DNA of 40,691 nucleotides from a virus: IMG/VR virus record IMGVR_UViG_3300009285_002085; one strand, 5' to 3'. Shown piece by piece: positions 8,221 to 16,469 of this stretch (position 1 is its first letter; each line of letters starts with the position of its first letter). The notes under the pieces were generated by a model. It saw only the letters and a program-made list of their open reading frames with translations, ran no database searches and was not told where the DNA came from. The position numbers and the translations under genes were made by a program.

Positions 8221-8266
8221 TCTTCCCATGTACTTCTTGAAGGCATGTAGAAGCGCTCTGGGAAGA
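8221..8266 (-). terminator. bipartite hairpin after the late operon, a candidate terminator
   Basis: An 8-bp outer stem TCTTCCCA/TGGGAAGA and a 5-bp inner stem CTTCT/AGAAG. On the minus strand it is followed by TATTTGAT. It sits in the largest non-coding gap. Confidence 0.3.
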
Positions 8267-8406
8267 AAGTAAGCGCAGTCATGCGAGTGCTGATAGCACA
8301 CTGAGAGAGAATTATTTTAAGTTCTTGATCCATCAGTCATTCTCATCCACTACAATAAATACAAGAATCGCCAGCGCCCCTCAAAGACAACAAGCATCTT
8401 CTGTTA

Positions 8407-8823
8407 TCACTCTATGTAACACCCCCACAATCGGAGAACACTTGTATTTGTAAAATTAGCATCTGTTAGGGGGGTGGGCGTTGTTGTCTGAGTATATAAA
8501 GCTAATGTAGTGCTTGTGCCCTGAAGAAGCGCCTGCCATAAAACAGTAACATCATCACCCTGCCCATAAAACATCAGATTTATTGCAGCATGAGGAGTTA
8601 CCGGGAGTACTGAAATAGTTGCGTTTCCCAATGACGAACCTTTATTAGATAATTGAAGACTGACTGAAAACCACACAAGGTTCCCAATCTTGATATATAA
8701 TCCAGCTTGTGTTGCATAGGCCATATCAACAGCAGCACCACCAAACTTCAAGTATGGTGTCCATACTGTTCCTGCTCCTACAATATAACCATTAAGCGTT
8801 CCTTTAAAATCATGTGTAGGCAT
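8407..8823 (-). CDS. hypothetical virion-associated protein downstream of the tailspike (possible receptor-binding or fibre accessory protein)
   Basis: 138 aa and beta-rich, with RBS AAGGGGGA. Low GC like the tailspike C-terminal part. Function inferred only from position. Confidence 0.6.
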   Translation of the reverse strand: MPTHDFKGTLNGYIVGAGTVWTPYLKFGGAAVDMAYATQAGLYIKIGNLVWFSVSLQLSNKGSSLGNATISVLPVTPHAAINLMFYGQGDDVTVLWQALLQGTSTTLALYTQTTTPTPLTDANFTNTSVLRLWGCYIE

Positions 8824-8833
8824 ATCATCCCCC

Positions 8834-11134
8834 TTAATTTATTATTCCGCCTTTCCAGCCACCTGAGACTTTAACAAACAGCCCCATTTTCCCGTCCGCA
8901 ACTGCTACATTGAGTGCTCCATCATCAAAAGTTATAGTCTTCGCTGTTGTCCCATAATTAAGCAGTAGTATCCAATGATATAAAGGGAATGTGCCAGACG
9001 GATTAAAATGTCCATCAGCGTCGGCTACTCTCAAAAAGATGTTTCCACTTGTTGATGTGAATGTCTCATCACCGGTAAAGACACTTTCTGAACCAACCGG
9101 GACAATAACATCCTTTAAATAGATAGGGTATCCAATAGCAGTATCGCCAAAAAGTGTTTGTATCCCTTCTATTGTCGGTCCATACCCCTCAAAATGATTC
9201 CTCCCTAATCTAAGTGTCGTTCCGATTTCCGTTTTTATATTTTCAGCTCCTGCTGTTCCAGAACCTTTCAGAATACTCCCATCAAGATTTAGTTCGCCAT
9301 TCTGCAGGTGTATTAAAATATCCCCTATCGCAGGAGCTCCAGAGAAAGAATATCTACCAGACATAAGAGTATTATTTATTGATATGTCACTTGGATTACC
9401 TTGTGATCCAGTAAGAATATTTACCCCAGGGGACAGTATCCCCCCTGGAGCAATCATAGAACAGTTACTAATAGTAACTGCTGTAGCAGAACCTACGACA
9501 AAAGCACTAAAGGCTTTTTGGGCTGCCGTAAAGGTTACATCAAAAGGATTATGACCATTACCATCATAAGCAGAAGTAATACCATGGATGAAACAATCAG
9601 AAAAATATACTTGCCTTACAGCACTTGTTTGATCAACTTTTGTATCTAACCAAAAATGGTCTCCCATCGGAAGTGTACTGTAGAAATTATTAAAGTAAAT
9701 ACCGTTATGGGCATCACTTCCGTCCTCAACCATATCCCGTAAGTTCACATTTGGATAGCCACTCCAATTACCAAGTCTGTTTCCGTTCCATCTTGTGTGA
9801 ATATTTGAAAATGTAGATTCTCGAACAGAGTGATAAAAGTTTATAGCTTCCCGTTGAAAGTTCTTAATCCACAATCTTTCGAAAGTAGAATGGTCTAACT
9901 TGCTCAAAAACAGTGCTCCAATATCAGGAGTCCTCATGTTACCCTCAAGTCGTAGGTCTGCTATAATAACACCATCTATCATACCCTCTTCGTTAACTTC
10001 CGCTCCGGCAGCGCTGCCATTAATAGTAATCATGTAACCACTTGCAGTGCTCTTTGCTTTCAGCACGGAGCCAAAACCATCTCCTTTCCATTTTATCGGT
10101 TTAACGATAGTTAAATTCTCAAGTATATAAGCATTAGATGCTTGAGGAGTATAAAGTAACCCTCCAGACGGAGTAGCTGTTATAGCTAATTGCATATCAG
10201 AGTTATTTGACATTATTCCATCCGGAAGTCCAGTAAACCATGTTGAGTTAATTCCGGTTGTCTGGCTATTATTAAATATAACACTTCCTCCACTCCCTGC
10301 ACAATCAAACACCTGATACAGCCCTGCCTCAAAAGGGCCATTGATAGTCAATGTCTTTGTAGTTGCTACTTGAGCTATTGACCCAGCAGGCATTATTAGA
10401 GTGATGTTACTTGTGATTGTAAGATCATTGGAGATTACCCACGTTCCTGGTCTCAGAAGCAGTGTAGCTTTATTCGTTGTCCCTATTGCAGTAAGGGCAG
10501 CTTCGATGGTGGCTTGGGTGAAGGAGGTGCCTCCGCCGTAAGATACCAGAGCATCTACTTCGTACTGGGTCGCCGTGGTGATAACCGGGGATGATTTATT
10601 CTCAAGGCCCGTGGCTCCAGCGTTCCATCCGATATAGTTATTGGCCGTTGGGTTCGGCAAGCTGATATCGGTTATCGTCGATGTTTTCGGCAGCTTTGGG
10701 GTGCGTCCGATCTGCTCCCTTTGCTGCTGCTGGATCATCGTTACTTTGTCCAGCGCATCCTCTATTGATACGGCGGAAAACGCCTCCCCATCAACGTAGT
10801 CCGTCGTCTGGGTAGCTGCCATATCGCGAAGTATCGTCAGCGTATACCCGGAGGCGCACTTACTGCCGGCGGTCAGTACAACATTGCCCCCGGACGTTCC
10901 CGCGCCTGTCACGGTGTAATCGGTATTCAGCGTGAGCGTAGTTTCCGCGCTGGTAGCCGTCGCCTTTTTAACTACCAGCAAATCCGCATCCGCCAACACC
11001 TTGAACGGGTAGGCGTAGGATGTCAAAACTCCGTTGCAGGTGTACGCCACCCGCGTAGTTTCTACCGATACCGTGGCAAAGGCCGGGACAGCCATCAGCA
11101 ACAACAGCCAAATCACACCAACAATCCTTTTCAT
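8834..11134 (-). CDS. tailspike/tail fibre: T7 gp17-like N-terminal anchor domain plus a right-handed beta-helix (pectate-lyase-like depolymerase) domain, preceded by a signal-peptide-like leader
   Basis: The N-terminal pattern TRVAYTCNGVLTSYAYPFKV...LTLNTDYTV...LTILRD parallels the T7 fibre N-domain. Later ...LLLRPGTWVISNDLTITSNITL and repetitive N/G/S/T-rich turns follow. ATG at 11134 has RBS AGGGGG. Confidence 0.8.
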   Translation of the reverse strand: MKRIVGVIWLLLLMAVPAFATVSVETTRVAYTCNGVLTSYAYPFKVLADADLLVVKKATATSAETTLTLNTDYTVTGAGTSGGNVVLTAGSKCASGYTLTILRDMAATQTTDYVDGEAFSAVSIEDALDKVTMIQQQQREQIGRTPKLPKTSTITDISLPNPTANNYIGWNAGATGLENKSSPVITTATQYEVDALVSYGGGTSFTQATIEAALTAIGTTNKATLLLRPGTWVISNDLTITSNITLIMPAGSIAQVATTKTLTINGPFEAGLYQVFDCAGSGGSVIFNNSQTTGINSTWFTGLPDGIMSNNSDMQLAITATPSGGLLYTPQASNAYILENLTIVKPIKWKGDGFGSVLKAKSTASGYMITINGSAAGAEVNEEGMIDGVIIADLRLEGNMRTPDIGALFLSKLDHSTFERLWIKNFQREAINFYHSVRESTFSNIHTRWNGNRLGNWSGYPNVNLRDMVEDGSDAHNGIYFNNFYSTLPMGDHFWLDTKVDQTSAVRQVYFSDCFIHGITSAYDGNGHNPFDVTFTAAQKAFSAFVVGSATAVTISNCSMIAPGGILSPGVNILTGSQGNPSDISINNTLMSGRYSFSGAPAIGDILIHLQNGELNLDGSILKGSGTAGAENIKTEIGTTLRLGRNHFEGYGPTIEGIQTLFGDTAIGYPIYLKDVIVPVGSESVFTGDETFTSTSGNIFLRVADADGHFNPSGTFPLYHWILLLNYGTTAKTITFDDGALNVAVADGKMGLFVKVSGGWKGGIIN

Positions 11135-11144
11135 GTTATACCCC

Positions 11145-14100
11145 CTATTCATTGTCTTCTCGCGGCGCCCTGAACATAAGCCGCGTCAGGTCGCTCGTTT
11201 CGCCGTTCTTCAAGTCGATGAACCCCTGCATGGTTATTATGGCCTGAGCCGTAGGCAACCCGGTAAAATACCCGGCAGACTCAAAACCTGCCTTAAACAG
11301 CTTGTCAAATTCCACCTCTTCGCCGGGAGTGATTATTTTCGCCCCCTCCTTTAACGCCCTTGCCGTAGTCTCTCCCGCTTTCGCGATAGGGCTGAGGCTG
11401 TAGCTGTAACCCGTCAGCGCGACACTGGTAATGTCTCGCACAACCGGATAAGCGGTAAGACGCTGCTGCAATACCTCTTTCAGCAGCGTCCCCGGAGACG
11501 GTATATCGCGTTCCCTGATCATGTACCATACCGCTGCCGGCATAATAGTCAACCACCACCAGGCGCGCATCAAATCAACAAAATTATGTCCGCTTTTATC
11601 GAATTTGAACTTCAGCCAGGCATCGGCCATCATCTGATGATAGGCGGAAAAGAAGGTATAGAACATTGACACAATCTTTTTCAGCTCTGACCCGCGCTGG
11701 ATCCCGGCCAAATCCTTGACCAGGCCCGCGCCTTGCGACGTGCGCAGAATCATGTCGGCATATTCACCCGCCTTTGTCTCGTCGCCGCCCAGCTCCTTCA
11801 TTCCCTTATTTTTGGCCCCAAGCCAGGTCGGATAGGCAACGGCCATGTCCATAAGAGAAATAATTGAAAAGAAGCTGTCCTTTAGCACCGATGAGCCCCG
11901 GAAATGTTCCAGCCCGATCCGGTTATACGCATCGCGCAGCTCCCGATCAAACGACTTCGCCCTGCCCGCGACCTCAGCCGACATTCCCTTTATTTTTTCA
12001 ACCAGCGCTTCCCGATCTGTGTAAAACTCGATCAAGGCCTTTGCTGTTTCCGTTGGGCCGATCTTGTAGATGGTGTTCCCCAAACCGAGGAACTGTGAAG
12101 CAGCGGTGGAGAATTTCCACCCCATTGCCACAGTCGTTGTGTTGATCCGGGCCGTTTTAATCGCTGATTCAACAGCGGAAAGGGGGTCTATCTGCTGCCG
12201 GGCATTATCCTGTAGCCAGGACATTATCTCTTTGTATGCCTCCGGGCCGCCAATTCCCGACGGAGCGCCTTCGATCGCCGCCCTTACACGCGGGTCGCCT
12301 ACAATCTTTTGAACATCCCTGATCGCCTCCGCATGGGTAATGTAGTGGTTTATCTCGGCCAACTTCTCAAAGATCACGGTAAATTTCAGTTTCGGCGGGA
12401 GCTTGCCGCCGGTACGCTCGATGGTCGATCCGGTTCTTACCGACGGCAAAGTGTAGATGCTCTGGAAAAAATCCCTCAACTCCTTCTCGGTTGCGTTCCG
12501 ATCCGCAATCCAGGAGAGCTTGCGATCAAACACAAGCGGGAAATAATCGCCCTCGACCTTCTTTAAGGTCGTGCCGGAAAGATTTTTATAAACCTCCGCC
12601 AAGCCAGGATATTGTTTCTCGAATAAATCCCAGATGCCCCGCACCAAGAGCCATTCCTCCGGAGTCACGTTTGCAAGTATCTTGGCGATCTGACCGCTGT
12701 CCCACCCATAGATATTATTCTCCCTGAGTGCCGCCAGGTTTCCTTCGTTTCCTGAATTGAGGGCGGTCATAATCACGGTTTCGCGCGTAAGAAACTGATT
12801 CACGCCAGGAATCTTAAATTTCTCCTTAGTGAGCGTCTTCCGCATTGGCCCGAACAGATCCTTCAGCTCGTTTGTAATGTCGGCAAGGTTACGATACTCT
12901 ACATCAGAGGCCTGCTTTACCGGCAGATATACATTTTCCCATGCAGTCCCCATATCCTTGAAACCGTCCAGGCGCCGCAAATAAGTTTCCACCTTGGTCA
13001 GCGATCCAAGATAAGACTGCTTGAAATCGCCAAGTTTTTCCCCGAAGGTCGGTTCAAGAAACATGGATTCGAGTTCTTCCGGCGTGGCCGCCTTTACTCC
13101 CCAGTTCTTCCCGACCTCGGTCACTATCGCCGCCACAGTCTTCTCGAAGTCGCGTTTCTTCCCGGCGGCAATGAGTTTGTTTTTCAGTTTACCGATGTGC
13201 GCGTACATTTGCGCCTGGTCGTATATCTCCCGAAGCTGGTCAAGCGTCAGCTCGCGCCAGTGGGTTTTTCCGTAGCGTTCGATCCGGTTCAACATCGATT
13301 CGGGAATTGTAACATCCTCCCCGGACTGTTTCTGCCGTTCCAAAAACTCCCGGGCAGATTCCACCCGGGACGCCGTCTTCTTACTTCTCGGCAGCAGGTC
13401 AAAACCTTCCAGCAGATCGGTTATCCGCTCTTGATATTCTTCAGGGATGGACTTGTCTTTTGTGAGCTTTATGATGCCGTCATGGATAGCCTTGGCCTCT
13501 TCTTTGGCCTTCAGCTTTTCCTTGCGGGACTTCGACATTTCGATCTGGCGTTCCTTCTCGGCCAGGGCGCCGTCGAGTTTTCCCTCTCGGAACGCTTTCC
13601 TTGACGCCTGCTCAGCCTTTTTCATGCCGGCAGTAAGGGCCTCATAGGTCGAAACCGTCAATTCCTCGACACGGATTTGGCCGGTCTGTTCGCGGATCAC
13701 CTTCTTGATTCCCGGCGCGGAAGGCTTCCCGGTCTCCTTGATCATCTTCCGGAGGATCTTCGCCTCTTCTTCCAAAAGCTGGAGGTGGAAATCTTCCATT
13801 TCCGCGTCAGTCATCAGCTCGGAATATTGAGCTTCAAAGGCATCAGCGGCCTTTTTGCCGGCCTCCTGCAGCCCCGCCCAGTCCAGCATCGCGGTCATCA
13901 GATCGTCGTCGGATTCAAATCCGGTGCGCGCGGCAAGATCATCAAGGCCCAGCGTTCCGCCTTCCCTGACCAGACCGATACGTTTTGCCGCCAATTCCGC
14001 GACGGTTGCCTTGTGGTAGAGTTTTTCCAGCGCACCCTTGTCCAGACCGCCCGCCTTGATCGCCTCTTCCATGGCCTGAAATGCGGGCTCCTGCCGGGCG

Positions 14101-16469
14101 GTTTCCATGCCTTGGCGTTTCAGGTCTCTTTCTTGTCTGCGCTTTTGTAAATCGAGCTTCTTGGTGACATTTTCGAAGGCAATACGGGCAGCTTGGGCTC
14201 TGATCTTGTCGTAACCTTCCGTTGCGGGAATGCCAACGGCAGCATCGGTACGACTGGCCGCATCGAAAAGGGCGTTGATGTCTTCGGTGGAGGTTATTTC
14301 TTCGTTTTGAAGTCCGGGCTCAGACGGTATTCCCTTAACTTCCATTGCCTGGGCGGGAACGGGGGTTATTTTTTCAGTCTTCGGAGGGCGGGATGGGGCA
14401 GGGAGGATTTTTATTTGATCGGGGAAAAATGCAACGAAGGTTTTTCCGCCATGCTCGCCATCAAGATAAACGTAACCATCATAATCATTTTTATCTATGA
14501 TGGCGAGCGCAGCTTTTTTTAGCAGTACTGACGCTTTTCCGCTTGGTGCGTTATCGAGTGCAAATTCAAGATTCATTCCAGACCCGCTTCGCTCTCCCCA
14601 CGCAGCATTCACGGCCCCTTCAAGATCCGAAAAATCAGTTGTCAAATAGTCGCCAATCACATATTCAACTCGTCCCGTATCTTCATTCCATGATTCATTG
14701 GCGCCAAGTTCTTCAGATATTAACTTGGCCTCCTGTTCTTTTTCGGTTAACCAATCAACGGATTCATCATATTCAAATCTTTCCGCTTTTAGTATAGCAT
14801 CTCGCCACTCTAAATCGTTGAATTTATCGAGGTCAAATGGATTTTTTATGTCAGCCACCACCTCGTACACTTGCCCCTTTCTGCCTGTAGAATATCCGGT
14901 GCTTCCGCGTTTTTCAGCATCGCTAAGCCCGGCATATATTTTTGCTACATCAGGAGAATCTGTTAAGAAGATACCTCCCTTGGGCAGTTCGCTCCTGGAG
15001 GAGATATTGAATATAGAAACCCCGCGCGGTTGCCCGGTATAAAGTCTTACCCCACCCCCAGTACTTGTCTCAGGTGGTATATTGTCCACCCTTGGTTCCG
15101 AGGTTATTGCGGAGGATGTGATTGCATTTTCAGTTAACGCCCTAAACTCTTTTTCTGCGCCCTCACTGATATCGCGGATGGCATCAAAACCGTCTGCCTT
15201 TATTTGGTTTATCTGGTCATCGGTAAGAAAATCATCTATCCCGTCGCCTTCTGTGTCTATTTCATAAATTTTCGCCTTTGGGTTTATCTTTGCCTCGAAC
15301 ACCTTATCTGTTCCGCCGATATTTCTGCTGTATTCCAGCGCGACTTCTTTATCGGTCGTCATAGAAAGCCCCGTAAGACCCACATTGCTTGAGGGTAATT
15401 TTTGTTTTTCCTCCGGGGTTAATATTGAAAACTTCTTGGTTAATGAATCAACGCCAGCGCCGCCGTGAAATACCGATTCTGGCATAGGAGTTGCGATCTC
15501 CCCCGCAGGCGAAACCTTACCCGTCTCAACGGTGGATATCTCCCCAGCGGCCTTTTCTGTGGCCGGGGCGGGTTGTTCCGGGGCTCCCTCAATCTTCGTT
15601 TCAATGCCAGGCTCCGCTTCCCCGCCGGCATATCTTTTCCTTAATGCATCCCGGTTCGCAGGGTCTTGCCACAATTCCCGGACATCCTGCGGGGTCAGAT
15701 CGCCCTCCATGATATCCTTCTTGATGCCCTCAACAAGGCCTCTCTCCTGTACGGTTAATCGATAGTACCATTCGGGCAGCTTCTGTATCTTCTCCGCGCC
15801 TTGCCCGATCAACTTGAAAATAGCCGCCTCGCCTGCAAACCCAAGAACGGCCTCAAGAAATGGACTGTCCCATGATTCCCCGACCAACGCTGCCGCCTCC
15901 CGCGCGGGCTTTGTCACTGCTTCAATCAACCTTCCGGCCTTGTCGAGAAATACCTTCGCCGGCTGCGTCTCGGGAGTAAATGTCAGCCGTCGCGCCGAGG
16001 CTTCGATGGTCGCCCGGACGCTCTCTCTGGTGGAACCGGGCTTTGTCGCTTCCGCTATTCCTAATCCGCTACTGACAAGCCATCCGGCGCTGCCGATGGC
16101 AAAAGACAAGCCGACTTCCCCCAAAGACTTCGGGATTTCAAGTATCTGGCGCACGGTGGAAATCAGCGTCGGGGCGATCTGCTCTGCCCACTTGTCGGGG
16201 AGCGAGGGCGTCTGTTCGCTTATCATGGAGGGAGGCAGGCCCGTCCTGTTTGACTGGGCGATGGAATAAATATCTTTCGCCCGTTCCGCCTGTGGCTTCG
16301 CAAGAAACCCATTCCACCATTCGGAAAATGATTCAGCGGTATCCTTTACCCTCAACGCTGATTCCATGGTCTGAGGCGCATCCGGCGGCTCTGGCTGCTT
16401 TGCCAACAGCCCCAACGGGTCAGATGATGCGGCAGATGATGTATTGAGAAGCCCCAGGGGATCGCTCAT
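11145..16469 (-). CDS. giant internal virion / DNA-ejection protein (T7 gp16 position, 1774 aa) with embedded globular modules
   Basis: It is syntenic with the T7 gp14-15-16 order. It has hydrophobic segments near the N- and C-termini, a long charged coiled-coil centre and two globular modules at aa 331-690. Confidence 0.75.
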   Translation of the reverse strand: MSDPLGLLNTSSAASSDPLGLLAKQPEPPDAPQTMESALRVKDTAESFSEWWNGFLAKPQAERAKDIYSIAQSNRTGLPPSMISEQTPSLPDKWAEQIAPTLISTVRQILEIPKSLGEVGLSFAIGSAGWLVSSGLGIAEATKPGSTRESVRATIEASARRLTFTPETQPAKVFLDKAGRLIEAVTKPAREAAALVGESWDSPFLEAVLGFAGEAAIFKLIGQGAEKIQKLPEWYYRLTVQERGLVEGIKKDIMEGDLTPQDVRELWQDPANRDALRKRYAGGEAEPGIETKIEGAPEQPAPATEKAAGEISTVETGKVSPAGEIATPMPESVFHGGAGVDSLTKKFSILTPEEKQKLPSSNVGLTGLSMTTDKEVALEYSRNIGGTDKVFEAKINPKAKIYEIDTEGDGIDDFLTDDQINQIKADGFDAIRDISEGAEKEFRALTENAITSSAITSEPRVDNIPPETSTGGGVRLYTGQPRGVSIFNISSRSELPKGGIFLTDSPDVAKIYAGLSDAEKRGSTGYSTGRKGQVYEVVADIKNPFDLDKFNDLEWRDAILKAERFEYDESVDWLTEKEQEAKLISEELGANESWNEDTGRVEYVIGDYLTTDFSDLEGAVNAAWGERSGSGMNLEFALDNAPSGKASVLLKKAALAIIDKNDYDGYVYLDGEHGGKTFVAFFPDQIKILPAPSRPPKTEKITPVPAQAMEVKGIPSEPGLQNEEITSTEDINALFDAASRTDAAVGIPATEGYDKIRAQAARIAFENVTKKLDLQKRRQERDLKRQGMETARQEPAFQAMEEAIKAGGLDKGALEKLYHKATVAELAAKRIGLVREGGTLGLDDLAARTGFESDDDLMTAMLDWAGLQEAGKKAADAFEAQYSELMTDAEMEDFHLQLLEEEAKILRKMIKETGKPSAPGIKKVIREQTGQIRVEELTVSTYEALTAGMKKAEQASRKAFREGKLDGALAEKERQIEMSKSRKEKLKAKEEAKAIHDGIIKLTKDKSIPEEYQERITDLLEGFDLLPRSKKTASRVESAREFLERQKQSGEDVTIPESMLNRIERYGKTHWRELTLDQLREIYDQAQMYAHIGKLKNKLIAAGKKRDFEKTVAAIVTEVGKNWGVKAATPEELESMFLEPTFGEKLGDFKQSYLGSLTKVETYLRRLDGFKDMGTAWENVYLPVKQASDVEYRNLADITNELKDLFGPMRKTLTKEKFKIPGVNQFLTRETVIMTALNSGNEGNLAALRENNIYGWDSGQIAKILANVTPEEWLLVRGIWDLFEKQYPGLAEVYKNLSGTTLKKVEGDYFPLVFDRKLSWIADRNATEKELRDFFQSIYTLPSVRTGSTIERTGGKLPPKLKFTVIFEKLAEINHYITHAEAIRDVQKIVGDPRVRAAIEGAPSGIGGPEAYKEIMSWLQDNARQQIDPLSAVESAIKTARINTTTVAMGWKFSTAASQFLGLGNTIYKIGPTETAKALIEFYTDREALVEKIKGMSAEVAGRAKSFDRELRDAYNRIGLEHFRGSSVLKDSFFSIISLMDMAVAYPTWLGAKNKGMKELGGDETKAGEYADMILRTSQGAGLVKDLAGIQRGSELKKIVSMFYTFFSAYHQMMADAWLKFKFDKSGHNFVDLMRAWWWLTIMPAAVWYMIRERDIPSPGTLLKEVLQQRLTAYPVVRDITSVALTGYSYSLSPIAKAGETTARALKEGAKIITPGEEVEFDKLFKAGFESAGYFTGLPTAQAIITMQGFIDLKNGETSDLTRLMFRAPREDNE

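Noticed and set aside
8407-11134. A diversity-generating retroelement, as in BPP-1-like podoviruses, targeting the fibre or the downstream protein
   Set aside because: There is no reverse-transcriptase ORF (no YxDD motif protein). I saw no template/variable repeat pair near the 3' ends of the tailspike or the 138-aa gene.
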